From contig OZ287700.1 in assembly GCA_965649825.1 (NCBI GenBank), positions 248,001 to 312,000 on the forward strand: DNA of 64,000 bases, in the 5' to 3' direction. Positions within the stretch are counted from its first letter, which is position 1. Each line of letters begins with the position of its first letter. Shown one piece after another: positions 12,875 to 24,177 of this stretch. The notes beneath the pieces are model-generated. The model saw nothing but the letters and a program-made list of their open reading frames with translations, searched no databases and was not told the DNA's origin. The DNA is from Penicillus capitatus. Lineage: Eukaryota > Plantae > Chlorophyta. A program made the position numbers and the translations under genes.

Positions 12875-15225
12875 ATGAACACCGCGGTGCACCGCAAACG
12901 ATATTTGGCTTTCTTCGCACTCCTGGTCTATCTCTCTCGACTGTCGACAATCGACGGCAAACGTCTGCCGTATCTTGACGGTCGCCAATCATACCCACGC
13001 CCATTCATGCCTTTCTTGACATGGCCATGGTGTAGAAGGAAATAAAATTGCGAAGAAAACAAAGGCAGCTTCTTCTTCGCACGCGTCTGGCGATATCCCT
13101 GTCTTCAAAGGCCGTTTGCGTTACAACCGTTTCTATCGAGGCGTAGTACCACGAAGAAAGAATGTCACGGACGGCGCGGAGACAGTGCCACAAGGTCGCC
13201 TTCTGCACAAGACCATACATCCATCGAACGTGTTTTGACAGGTTGCCGCATCGACGAGGCAGAAATTCAACAAATCTATGACGAAGGTACCAAGACATGG
13301 ACGCTGAGCGACGAGACGCTGAAGAGAAACGCCATGGACGTACAGCGTTTTGTGGATTGCGCGACTGATGACGATACCTTGCTCTTCGTCACGGAATCCC
13401 GTATCCAACCCCATCGCCATATCGTCATCAACAAACGCTTGACACTGACGGGCGCCGCCGTGAATGGCCGCAAGGGCGGCGGCGGCGGCGCGAGGAGATC
13501 AAACTCCGATGTCTCGTTCACCTGTCCATCTGAACTGGAAGGCGTGTTCGTGATTGAGTAATGCAGTTCTCACTCTATTTTGATGTGACAGCTGATGTTG
13601 GGTGTGGTTAGATCTGCCGGTGTGGTGGTGAAGAATCTGATCATCGAGGACTGCAAGCTCGAGAGTCACAGTCCCATTGTGTTTTCCAAATGCAAGACGG
13701 AAACGAAATGGTCGCCCATCGTTCTGTCCAATCTCGTTTTCCGACGAAACAGCAATTTCAATGGTCCAAGCGTCTTGGCTGTCAAGGAGGGATGCTGTCC
13801 GTCACTGTCTCTCGACGATGTGACCCTCCGATCCAACACCTGTTACCAGAACACTGCTGCGATGAATCTCAAGGCACGCTTCGTCGCGCAGGGACAGGAG
13901 TGCGAGGTGGGTGTTTGGTATAGGGAATGGATATTGGCGCGGTGCGTTTTGAAGCGAGCGATAACAAATGCCAGGTGCTGCGGGTCCACGATTGCTACGT
14001 GTCCTTTCGTGACAGCCGATTCATCAAGAACGCCAGCGGCAGAATGTCGGATGGCACTATTCAAGCGACACACTCCGTCCTCAAGATTCGCGAATGTCAA
14101 TTCATCAAGAACAGAGGAACGCAGGCGGGAGCACTCAGCCTTGTCGACGGCGTCGTTGCCAATATCGAATCATCGAAATTTCATCGAAACAGTGCCAGCG
14201 GATCTGGCGGCGTCATCATGCTTATGCACTCCGTTTTGAACGGCAATGAGATCAGCGCCCTGAACAATACGGCGGCGGCGAGTGGCGGCTTTATGATGGC
14301 GTCGTGGGGAAAGATCCATCTGATCAATTCGACCTTCGCTCGACACAGCAGCAACGAAGGGGCCGTGTTTTCGACACTCAACAGCACCTTCGTCGGTGAA
14401 CATCTCACTCTTCAAGACAACGAAGCATCCGGCACGGGCGGGGGACTGTTCTTGGTGGGCGGAACGACAACGCTGAAAAACTCCGTCCTGAAACGAAACG
14501 TCGGCGCTTATGCTGGCGGCGGCGCGTTGAGTGGCATCAACGGAGAGATCACCGTTGAGAATGTCCTGGTGTTGAAGAATCGCGCTCTTGGGAACGGCGG
14601 CGGCGGGATTGAGACGCAGGGCGTGAATATGTATCTGTCCGATTCTGTCTTCCAGTCGAACAAAGGCCCCAGCGGCGGCGCTCTGCGTTTTCACGGAGGT
14701 ATCACCAGAGCTTCTCGCGTGACGCTGGAGAAGAACAAAGCGACGATGCGTGGAGGCGCCATCTATTCCGACACCTGTCACATTCTCTTTCAAGACTCGA
14801 CATTTGCGGAGAACATTGCGATGGAAGGCGGCGCCATCTGTGCCGAGAAGGGGCGGTTTGAAGGAACACAGATCGACATCGTTCGCAACCACGCAACACT
14901 CAATGGAGGTGGAGCGTATTTCTGCACGACAAAGGCACGACTCACGTCCTCCCTTCTCGAAAACAACACCGCCCTCTACGGAGGCGCCATTCACGTGCTC
15001 AACAGTATGTTCTCTGGCCAAGATCTCACCGTTCGACAGAACGCAGCGGAACTGGATGGCGGCGGATTCTTTATTTATCATGCCAGTGCCTTTCTCAGAG
15101 AATCCATCTTTGAGGGGAACCGTGCCGGAGAGAACGGAGATAAGGCCATCACGACAAAGAGATCGAGACTCCGAATGGAGCGCGTCGAAATCGAAGGTGA
15201 AATGGAGAGACCGACGGCATCTTGA
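12875..15225 (+). CDS. Secreted right-handed beta-helix protein with polymorphic-membrane-protein-type GGA(I/L)/FxxNxA repeats
   Basis: Signal-peptide-like RYLAFFALLVYLSRLSTIDG. The last exon (13927-15225) has many repeats such as FHRNSASGSGGVI, NKATMRGGAI, FAENIAMEGGAI and NTALYGGAI. Confidence 0.8.
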
Positions 15226-15688
15226 TGCGATCGGTGTCTCTTTCTAACCGTTCGCCGAAATTCAATGACTGCATTGCCACTTTCACTCCTATTATGCGTC
15301 AGCCGACCACTTTTTGCATCATTTAGTTTTGTGACACTTTTTTCGCGACGATGGATGGTAGGTATTGTGTCTCCTTTATTCTGCTCGACAGTTGTGGCAA
15401 TTGCAATAGATTAAGTATATAACCACTACTGGTAATTGGCAGATGTACGGGTGATTGATAAAAATGACCGTTCAGTTATGATCGTGACAGATGCAACCAC
15501 CAGGAAACCAATCAGGGGATTAGGGACAACACGATAGCGGAATCGAATAGGCGACACTAAACCGATGCCTCGATAGGGAACCCGTCATACTCAAGACTCT
15601 CATGTATGCTGAGCGCACATTCCTTGTTCGACGCATACGGATCTGTCTACTATCCAGATGCTATGAGAGGTGCTCTGCGATGACGACG

Positions 15689-17331
15689 CTACCGCACGTT
15701 GTCTGCGAAGTCCGCCAGAGAGAGCTCCTTATTCTTGTGACGCAATCGCTGTGTCTTTGGCGACATCTCTGGCAGACCATTCGCCTTCCGACTCGGGCAA
15801 CGAGACGTCGTCTCGCCAAATCCGATCCTCTTCTTCCGCGCACATCCACCAGACGCACTCTTTTCGCGCAGCCTCGATAGCAGATCGTTCAAAGCACGGA
15901 GCCGTTGCGATTCAGACAAATCTACCAGACGACCTGTCGCGCACAGAACAGGCCAGAAACCGTCGGCGCCGTTTTATGTACCGTAAGCGAGCGGTGCCTC
16001 AATGGGCGTCTGTCCCGAGTCCTTGTCGGTCTCTACGGTTTCCTTTTTCTTCGTGATGTCCTCCACGCACTGCATAAGGAAGCCAACGACATCGTCCTTT
16101 GTCGCCGCCGCCTCCTGTGTTGATTCTTCCAGATGACGCGCCTGAGCGGCGAGATCTCGTATCGTCTCCTTTTGCTCCTCCGCTGTCATCACCAAACACG
16201 CCATTCTCTCCTTCTCTTCCCGCAGCTGCTCAGACAGCTGCCGTTTCTCACACAAATGCCGTTCCATCTCACTCTTCTCGATCACGATTCTATCCAACTA
16301 CACACAACCCTAACGCAATGAAAGCGCATCAAGCGCGGCGGCGTTGCGGCACCAGTTTCTGCAGAGCGTGTTGGTAGGTCAGATTACGCCGAGCCATTTC
16401 ATCCTGCGCTTCTCTGGCCAGTTGTATCTCCATCTTCATCTCTGCGTTCTCTTCCAGTACTCTATCATGACGATGCAGCATCTTTTCCGTCTGCCTTGAC
16501 TGATATCCCAGCTCCGTCGCCATCTGCTCGTTTTCCAGAATCGTCCGCTTCGTTGTGGACTCCAACTGGTTATCCGTCAACTGTATCATCTGCATCTTCG
16601 CCTCCTTCACTTTCTGCGCCGTCTCGCGCTTCCATGTCTCTCTATTCCGCAAATGGCTTCTCTCCATGTCACTGAAACAGCTGAGTTAATAGATGTACAG
16701 AGCAGTTAGGCACGGACGATAGTTGGATCTGCTGTTCGCGACGTTCTTTTTCGGCCGACGCTTTGAGAGCGGCAAGTTCTGCTTCGAGTCTCTCATTCTG
16801 TTGCAGGTAATCCTGACTGCCCTTGACCTTTTTGTTGTACTTCTGAATCTGCTCTTGCAGCGCGCTCTTCAAACTGGCGTTCTCTTTTTGCAGTCTCTCC
16901 TCGACGGACTGCAGCAGAGCAGCGCATTCCAACGGCGGCTACAGGGACCCGCATACTTTAAACGCACTCTTCGTCTGTTCCAGTTCCTCCTCCAGTGCCG
17001 CTTTGCATTTCTCCAGCTCTTCGATTTTGGTCGTCTTATTCGCGACTTGGCGTTGGAGGTACTCTCGGATGTCAGTGAAGTCTGCTTTCTGGTCGTGGAG
17101 TTCCTTATCGAGTCGGGCGTTTTCGACAGAGAGTCGCTCTTCGGATTCTTGGTATCTGTCAGACGGTATGAGGCTGCCCGTCTCGATGCGGGCGAAGCAC
17201 CTGCTGAGTCGGGATTTGATGTAGCGCACGACGAGTGCATTCTCGACGAGTTGCTTCTCTTCTTCATCGGGTTCGTCACCCGCTGCGACAGGCGATGCGC
17301 TGACGGCTTCTTTGTTCAGTTTCGGCGGCAT
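15689..17331 (-). CDS. CFAP157: Cilia- and flagella-associated protein 157-like coiled-coil protein, multi-exon
   Basis: MPPK start, then IKSRLSR|YQ...ENARLDKELHDQKADFTDIREYLQRQV, then LESTTKRTILENEQMATELGYQSRQTEKML...AQDEMARRNLTYQ, recalling the CFAP157 layout. The 3' end is approximate. Confidence 0.7.
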
Positions 17332-17886
17332 TTCGACGCAGAACGGCAGAAAGTACCAGATCCCCTTCGTGCACTTCGAAGCACAGAAATCGAGGAAAGC
17401 GCTCTTCTAGCATCGCGCCTTGCGCGTTCAATGACATCGAGGCAGAGGGGTGCAGGATTCGACGCCGGCCGTCTTGCTCGAGAGAGACGATGTTTCGCCA
17501 GAATGTCTCCTGTCGTTAAAGGATGCTGCTACTGCAGTGTTTCTAGCGTCCAAACTGTGTTGTGTTGATCAGAAAGGGATGCGTGTATTGTACATGGATG
17601 TCCACTAAGAAAGGCGTAGGCTGTCTGTTTGCTGCACCTTTAGGGTAACGACAGACACAAAAACCGGTCGATTCTTGGAAGGTCTCTTTCTGATTCTTCT
17701 CCCTGGCAAATGCCTGACAGTCTATCTTCTGTTGGATCACACTCTTGAGTCTTTATCTCGTTTCGGAAATTCGAATGGCAAGTGTCTCAAAAACGCGTTT
17801 GAGGCATTTGCGCGAGTCTTCAAAAAACTCTTGAAATGTTCTCCAGAGGCCTCGCAATGATCAAATACACTGGCTCTCAGTATTGC

Positions 17887-19245
17887 TCACCGCTTCCCTC
17901 GTCCGTTCTGCCATCTGGGCTTCCCTCGTCCGTTCTGCCACCTGGGATGTCCTCTGTTCTGCCACCTGGGCTTCCCTCGTCTGTTCTGCCACCTGGGATG
18001 TCCTCCGTGCTGCCACCTGGGATGTCCTCCGTGCTGCCACATGAACTCTTCTCCGTACTGCCATCCGGGATGTCCTCCGTGCTGCCACATGAACTCCTCT
18101 TCTTCTCCGTGCTGCCACATGAACTCCTCTTCTTCTCCGTGCTGCCACATGAACTCCTCTTCTTCTCCGTGCTGCCACATGAACTCCTCTTCTTCTCCGT
18201 GCTGCCATCCGGGATGTCCTCCGTGCTGCCATCCGGGATGTCCTCCGTGCTGCCATCCGGGATGTCCTCCGTGCTGCCATCTTGGTTTCGATTGTGCTTG
18301 CCGCTGTCTCTGCTTTTGCCTCTGCGGCTCTCTTCGTCTGCGATTATTTCTCGATTGAGGCTGTCTTGCTTGCGCACGAGGTGGGGGTGGCGTTGGGTAA
18401 GCACGTGGCAGAAGAGCTAGAGCTTGACGCACTATATCGTCCACGGCACGGCTAACTGATGTATCCACAGTAGGCACAGTGCGTCCTTCTGGCGAATGCA
18501 GCTGCAATCGCCTTGTAGACGCGCATCCGAAACGCATGTATTCATCCTCCAGAGGTGTATCCAGCAAACAACGCATATCGAAGCTCTTACTGTCGTCTTT
18601 CAAGTAACCCATAATCTTATTACCAAATAGGTAAAACACTTGTTGGGCGCTGCTCTTCGCATGGAGGAACTCAGCAGCTCCTGCACGATGATACCTCAGG
18701 CAAAAATCGAACGCAGCATCCGGACGCGCCCCGGGGCAGTTGTCAAGAATCTCTTGAACGCGTGGAAACACCTGCCAGCGCTCCCATACATCTTCCAGCT
18801 TCGTCGCCGGTTTCCACTCTTTCAAGTAGTCTTGGAGAAGGAAGATCATGGCGACTCTCTTGTCTTCGCTCACGAACTCGGCAGGCGTGAGGCCCAACGA
18901 TCTCAATAGTATCTGCCGTCGCTTGTTCAGAATCGACGGCGCCAGTCCGTTCTGCTCCCGCTCTCTCGCATACATCGTCTTGCGCACTTCGCCGTAGCAC
19001 TTTGTCTCTGCGAGAAAGAAGAGACGTGGATGGTGGCCTCGTTTTGTGTGTATTGGCGTTTTGAGGTCGAAGCCTTGTAGATCACCGAATACGCAATAGT
19101 TCTTGTAATCGTGTTTTCTTCCAACGATTGCATGGTTTCCTTTTCGCAACACCTCGCAGCAGCAATCGGCACACCAGACGCTCATACGAATGCCATCAAT
19201 ACAGCTCTGAAACGCGCTGTCGTAAGCGCCGCAGCTACTCGCCAT
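17887..19245 (-). CDS. XPA-like family paralog 1 (intronless) with a C-terminal WQHG repeat tail
   Basis: 452-aa ORF. Degenerate Zn finger (SCGAY...SVWCADCC), RLFFLAETKCY, RRQILLRSL, then CPGARPDAAFDFCLRYHRAGAAEF; ends in 15 WQ-repeat units. Confidence 0.75.
   Translation of the reverse strand: MASSCGAYDSAFQSCIDGIRMSVWCADCCCEVLRKGNHAIVGRKHDYKNYCVFGDLQGFDLKTPIHTKRGHHPRLFFLAETKCYGEVRKTMYAREREQNGLAPSILNKRRQILLRSLGLTPAEFVSEDKRVAMIFLLQDYLKEWKPATKLEDVWERWQVFPRVQEILDNCPGARPDAAFDFCLRYHRAGAAEFLHAKSSAQQVFYLFGNKIMGYLKDDSKSFDMRCLLDTPLEDEYMRFGCASTRRLQLHSPEGRTVPTVDTSVSRAVDDIVRQALALLPRAYPTPPPPRAQARQPQSRNNRRRREPQRQKQRQRQAQSKPRWQHGGHPGWQHGGHPGWQHGGHPGWQHGEEEEFMWQHGEEEEFMWQHGEEEEFMWQHGEEEEFMWQHGGHPGWQYGEEFMWQHGGHPRWQHGGHPRWQNRRGKPRWQNRGHPRWQNGRGKPRWQNGRGKR
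17893..18281. repeat. Coding minisatellite: 15 units of 24/27/30 bp sharing the core TC(C/T)GT(G/T/A)CTGCCA
   Basis: Counted directly. Includes four perfect 30-bp units TCCGTGCTGCCACATGAACTCCTCTTCTTC and three 24-bp units TCCGTGCTGCCATCCGGGATGTCC. All unit lengths are multiples of 3. Confidence 0.95.
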
Positions 19246-20275
19246 TGCTTCGGCCCGTTCGGTGACAACGAAGACGAAAGCGCGCCTTTCGCTTTGACTC
19301 CAAGGGACGGATCATGTCCCATCGTGGACGTGACACTTTAGTCATCTCGACATCGTCGGCGTTCAGACGGTATTGTCATTGACGCCGTCTATTGCGCGTA
19401 ACCATCGAAATCGTTCTAGATTGTGACCATTACCGACGATCAACACCTTCGACGTCCGTCCACCCACCATCATTCGATTGTCGCGGCATCTGTTGTTCCG
19501 TCTAAGGCATTTACTGAACACTGCAGTCTATGCAAAACTCTTCGACGCAACGCGACGGATCGATATTTCTTACGGAAGGAAACGAAACGCCTGCGTCGAC
19601 TCGAACTGTTAAGCGAACGTCTTTTCAGCGACGTTCGTAGGATTCGTTCCTCGCGCTATCGTGTGCACAGGCGCTTTTCGAGGCCGAGACATTCAAGAAA
19701 GACGTCCACACTGCTCAGACAGGTCGTATCACACTCGACATGTCTTTATGCTTTCTCTTCGCGAGTTGGCGGCGGCCGAGTTCGACGTTCTTGCATTGTC
19801 GTTTTAATCGAGTCTTGGCCGAAAGCAAAGATAAATATGTACACGCTCCCGCAGACAATCGGGAAACGACAAAAACAGAGAAAAAACGCGTCTCGTTTTG
19901 AGCTATTCTCCAACGCTCGCGTCGTGTGTTCCAAAATGAAAAGAGATGCAGGAACGTGCCGTGCCGTGCCGTGCATGCAAACACCGTCTCTTCGGCTCAT
20001 AGGCGCTCGTCTGCAGCTTCATGAATGTTACAAAGTTCACAAGGCATTGCTTCCATAACCTCGCTCGGTGCCCCTGTGCTCTTGAAGAGGATGCAGCAAT
20101 GCCATCGAAGTTTGAAATACCGGTCGGTCCCCCCACTGCCACCAACGGAAGCTTGACAATTTCATCACGGTTCGATCCGTTAACCTTATTCTCGATAAGC
20201 TTATACCGGATGTCTAGGCATAACCCGCTGCTCCATTCATCGTTTCCTCGCGGATTGGCTGTCGTTGTTTATGCA

Positions 20276-21250
20276 TCATGATCTCTGCCGCTTCGGCGCA
20301 GATGTCGTTTTCCCTCTGTTGGTCTTTGATCGAGGCCTCTTCCTATGTTCGTGTCGTGTATTCCATGCCTCCAGTAATCTGTCGGCGACCTCAGGTTCGT
20401 GGCGGCCTTGTTGAATGTGTTTCTGAGAGATGGGATGGATCATAATCTCATCAGCAATGACTGGACTCACGCACTTCAACAGATTAAAACGGATCTCCCT
20501 TTTGTATTTCCCTCTGAAATGAACGTATTCGTTTTCCAAAGGCGTGTCCAGCAAATGACGCAGATCGAAATGCAAAGTGGATTCCAAGCCGTTCATGATT
20601 CTGTCACCAAAGAGATGAAACACTTGCTGGACACTCTTCTTCGCATGAAGGAACTCGGCAGCTCCTGCACGACGATACCTCATGCAGAAATCGAAGGCAG
20701 CATCAGGATGGGCTTCAGGGCAGTTCTGGAGGATCTCTTGGACACGGGGAAAGACCTTCCAGCGCTCCTGCACATCCTGCAGCTTCGTCTTCGGCTGCCA
20801 CCGTCTCAGATAATCTCCGAGGAGATAGATCATGGCGATTCTCTTGTCCTCGTCTGCAAACTCGGCAGGCGTGAGATTCAGTGTCTTCAACAGTATCCGT
20901 CTTCTCTTGATCAGAGTCGGTCGCTGTTTCAGTTCTTTCTCGGCTTGAGCTCTCTTGTCCATTTCTCTGCGGACTTGGCCGAGATGCTTCACTTCTGCGA
21001 GAAGATAGAGCTTTGAACGATAACCGAATCGGTTCAGTATCTTCTCCTTTGAGCGAAGCCACGCCAAATCTCTGTTCTTGCAATGAAATTCCTGAACGGC
21101 TCTTTTGCTGACGACTGCATAATATCCTCTGTCCGTTGTCGTCTTCGCACAGCAATCCGCGCAGCAGACACTCAATTCAATGCCGTTAAAGGACCCTTGG
21201 ACCACGTTGTTGCAGGTAGCGCACGTTTGTGGCGGCTCTCTGTCTTCCAT
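20276..21250 (-). CDS. XPA-like family paralog 2 (intronless)
   Basis: CATC-x15-CCADCC, then KRAVQEFHCKNRDLAWL...SKLYLLAEV (XPA_C-like), then CPEAHPDAAFDFC. The ORF is open to 21373; ATG 21250 (MEDREPPQTC) was chosen by comparison with the paralogs. Confidence 0.8.
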   Translation of the reverse strand: MEDREPPQTCATCNNVVQGSFNGIELSVCCADCCAKTTTDRGYYAVVSKRAVQEFHCKNRDLAWLRSKEKILNRFGYRSKLYLLAEVKHLGQVRREMDKRAQAEKELKQRPTLIKRRRILLKTLNLTPAEFADEDKRIAMIYLLGDYLRRWQPKTKLQDVQERWKVFPRVQEILQNCPEAHPDAAFDFCMRYRRAGAAEFLHAKKSVQQVFHLFGDRIMNGLESTLHFDLRHLLDTPLENEYVHFRGKYKREIRFNLLKCVSPVIADEIMIHPISQKHIQQGRHEPEVADRLLEAWNTRHEHRKRPRSKTNRGKTTSAPKRQRS

Positions 21251-22609
21251 GATATTACGGCAGTCGCCGCCCGAATTCACTGTCTGCGAAGGAACGGAAC
21301 GTATGTACTGCAAAGCTGTTGACGCGATATGGCGAAGGCAAGGCGGATGCTCAACCGTTTCGGATTCATACATTCGGTGTGGTCATCTGTGGACCAATAC
21401 GAATGCTCTTTCCTGTCATACCCATCGATGCGTTGTCTATCAGTGAACAGGATTGAAGTGTAGAGAGGAGACTCCGTGTGACGACTGTCGGTAACTCTCT
21501 GCCCATTTCCGGTCCTTGCGCCTTCTGATGCCTCTTTTCGGGAGACTGCCGTTCACTGTATGGCCGTACAAAGCGTAACACGCTGCCTGAGACGTCGACC
21601 TAGACGCATGAAGCTGTTCTTTTGCTTTGGGCGATGCATCTGATGAGCGACGTCTGTCTGTTGGTCATTGCGTTTATCTGGCAGATGACGGTCGAGATTT
21701 GGCGAGACATTTTAGTACGACAAGTCCTTTTCCTAAAGCCTTTGAGTAGAGGTCTTGCGAAGACGTACGATCCGATGATGTATGTGTCTTTGACATCAGG
21801 GTTAAAACCTTGAGATTTTCATTAGTCTAGATTTTTCACGTTTGTTACGAAAGAAAGGAAAGGAAGGTCAAAGTGAACAAGGATGATCTCGACAGGATCA
21901 AGACCAAACTAGCTCTGAAAATCCAAACAAGGGCAGCGTCGAAGATCACACTTTATAGAGATTTGATCAGGAGACTGTTCAGACCACAGCGGTCTGTTGA
22001 CGACAAGAGGGACGAGCTTTGCTCTCAGACTCGACGGTGGCTATAGGGAGAATCATTGTAAATGTCGGCTTTCGTGCGAATCGCTGTCGCAACTCGATTC
22101 TGGACAATAAACTGCAATGTGTATATGACACTCTTTCAACGAGAGCCTTCGTCGGATATGAGTCGTGCGGAAAGCTTTGTAGCAAATCGTCACTCTTGAC
22201 GAATCCACTCACACAACATGTGATGGTTCCATCACCAGGAAAGACAATGAGCGGCAATATCTACACATCAGGAGACGCTCAAAATCTGTTGGTCTTCGGT
22301 TCGGTTCGGTTATGTAAAATCGCGTGTGATGAACTAAGAAAGGTATGTAAAGGACGTTCTGTCGTGTAATGGGGTGTGTTTTTCAGAATCGGTTTCTAAG
22401 AGTCTACGTGCGAACAACAATAACAACACTGGAAATCTAGAATGCGTGATGGGACTAATGTCTAAACATAACTTGTGTGTAGAGACGAGAGGAAACGAGA
22501 ACTTTGGATCTTGGCGACATGAGATGCCACCACGATGTTGTTGATATCCAAATCGAGAACTCGTGGTATCCTTGTAAGATTGATCAAGGATACTTCGTCA
22601 AAGGACTTG

Positions 22610-23772
22610 TCACATTGGAAACTGCCTCCCAAGTTCGGCGTTCACCGAGGCTCGCATCTCTTCGTAACTGTCACATCCCGTGACAGGTTTCGCCACTTCC
22701 ATCCATTTCTCGTGCATCATCTTCTCCGCCCTCTCGCAAAATGCCTCCTCGGACTCGTTCACATGACCGGCTCTGACTTTCTGGGCATTGTGTTCCTTTA
22801 AGCCGGCATCCCTTTCGAGTCCTGCCAACTCGTTCCGATCCATTTTAAGTTTATGAGAATTGAACTTCGTGATATGTTTCTTCATAAAGTCGATGCTCGC
22901 CTAAAGAGAGTAACGAGTACAATAGAGCAGATAGAAGGAGTGAAAACCTGGTGCATGACGATGTCCAGCAACGGCTCATCCAGCGTGACGCCAATGAAGT
23001 CGGCTATCATTCGAATACACTTGGGCAGATCAGCCTTCAGATCCTCATAGTGCAACCACAGAATATTCTTCTCCTTTCTCAGAGGATACCAACTGACTGC
23101 AAGACAGAATCGGCATACGACGCCGATCTCGCAAGAGCGACAGTGCGTTCACCTAGGTGTCGCATCTGATGTGCACTGACGCCAGGGCAGTCCACCGGAA
23201 ACCTGCACTTGTAGAAACACTCAATGAATCCGTCGAGATCCAACTCGTCTGGATGAAACATCCAATCACGATAGTAGTAATAAAGAGACAGCGCAGCGTC
23301 ATTCGGATTCCTAACAGGTGCACCTACCATCCGAGATGTTTTCGGCGAAGACGATGACTTGCCTTGTCACCACGATCGTTTTCTTTGCAGCTGGACACTC
23401 TTCGTGGCAACTGTGCGTCTTGTACAGGGGAGGAAAGAATGCTTTGTTCTTCTCCCTGCCTCCGTATGCAGCGTGTTCGATCACCGGAATGACATCGTGT
23501 ATGTCTTCGTAGTCGAGATGTCCGCGCGATCGAAGTGAGTGGAGGATCTGCGAATGTGTAACGGCAGTGTCACTAAGCAATGAGGAGGCAGGAGCAGTCG
23601 ATATGACCTGCTGCGTCCACGTCGTTCCAGATTTCGGCGCAGAGGCAAGAACGATGTCTTCGTCGGCGAGTTCGACAGCGAGTCCTTTCTCTTGGAGTTC
23701 TGGCACATAGAATTTTATCATGCGATTGTACACGCCCTCGTAAGAAGGAAGACTGTTGCCGTTCTCTGACAT
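22610..23772 (-). CDS. PAPS-dependent sulfotransferase (cytosolic SULT fold), multi-exon
   Basis: 5'-PSB loop DIVLASAPKSGTTWTQQ, LYKTH, 3'-PB region RNPNDAALSLY, LWLHYEDLKADL, and C-terminal FDFMKKH...KVRAGHV. Confidence 0.88.
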
Positions 23773-24177
23773 CGAATAAGAAACCGAAAGCCTCGCGATA
23801 TAAGGAACGGTGTTCGAACGACAGAGTTCGAGAAGATGTCGAACTAGATGAAACGGAATTGAAAATGCGGTGGAGCGTCTCTCTCCAGAAATCCATGTCT
23901 GACATCTCCAAGCACTCGTGTCGGACACGTGGTCCCTCTCCGAGACATGGATCATCCGTTTGACATGGTCATTCATATTATGGCACCCGCGACAGACGGC
24001 TATCGCGACACGAAGTCGAGACAGAGGACAGTTCATTAAGTTGTCTGATGCGACACCGTTACAGTCGCGATAATCCACACCGCTAGATGCATAGGCAAAG
24101 TGTCTTAGACAAAAGTCGTCTTATCAAGACAGTCAGTGTCTATGTAAAAAACAGCAGAGTATCGGGAAATCGGTGGT

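Noticed and set aside
14170-15081. 303-aa antisense ORF; likewise 16723-17568 (281 aa), 39836-40609 and 27236-27940
   Set aside because: These are shadows on the opposite strand of well-supported coding exons, with no recognisable motifs.
17893-18281. CRISPR-like repeat-spacer appearance (constant core with variable spacers)
   Set aside because: The spacers are only 12-18 bp, are themselves repeated and keep frame. There are no cas genes and the context is eukaryotic, so it is a coding minisatellite.
19423-20058. 211-aa plus-strand ORF between paralogs 1 and 2
   Set aside because: It starts at GTG, is Arg/Ser-rich with no domain pattern, and lies antisense in the presumed upstream region of paralog 1; probably spurious.
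20276-21373. Calling any paralog the true XPA/RAD14 orthologue
   Set aside because: They lack the conserved NPH..WG.MKLYL and EVWGS signature and the N-terminal regions, and carry an extra unrelated domain, so they are labelled XPA-like only.
23772-24078. N-terminal extension of the sulfotransferase ORF to 24078
   Set aside because: No similarity to SULT. It probably represents 5'UTR or the GST 3' region; ATG 23772 gives a normal SULT length.
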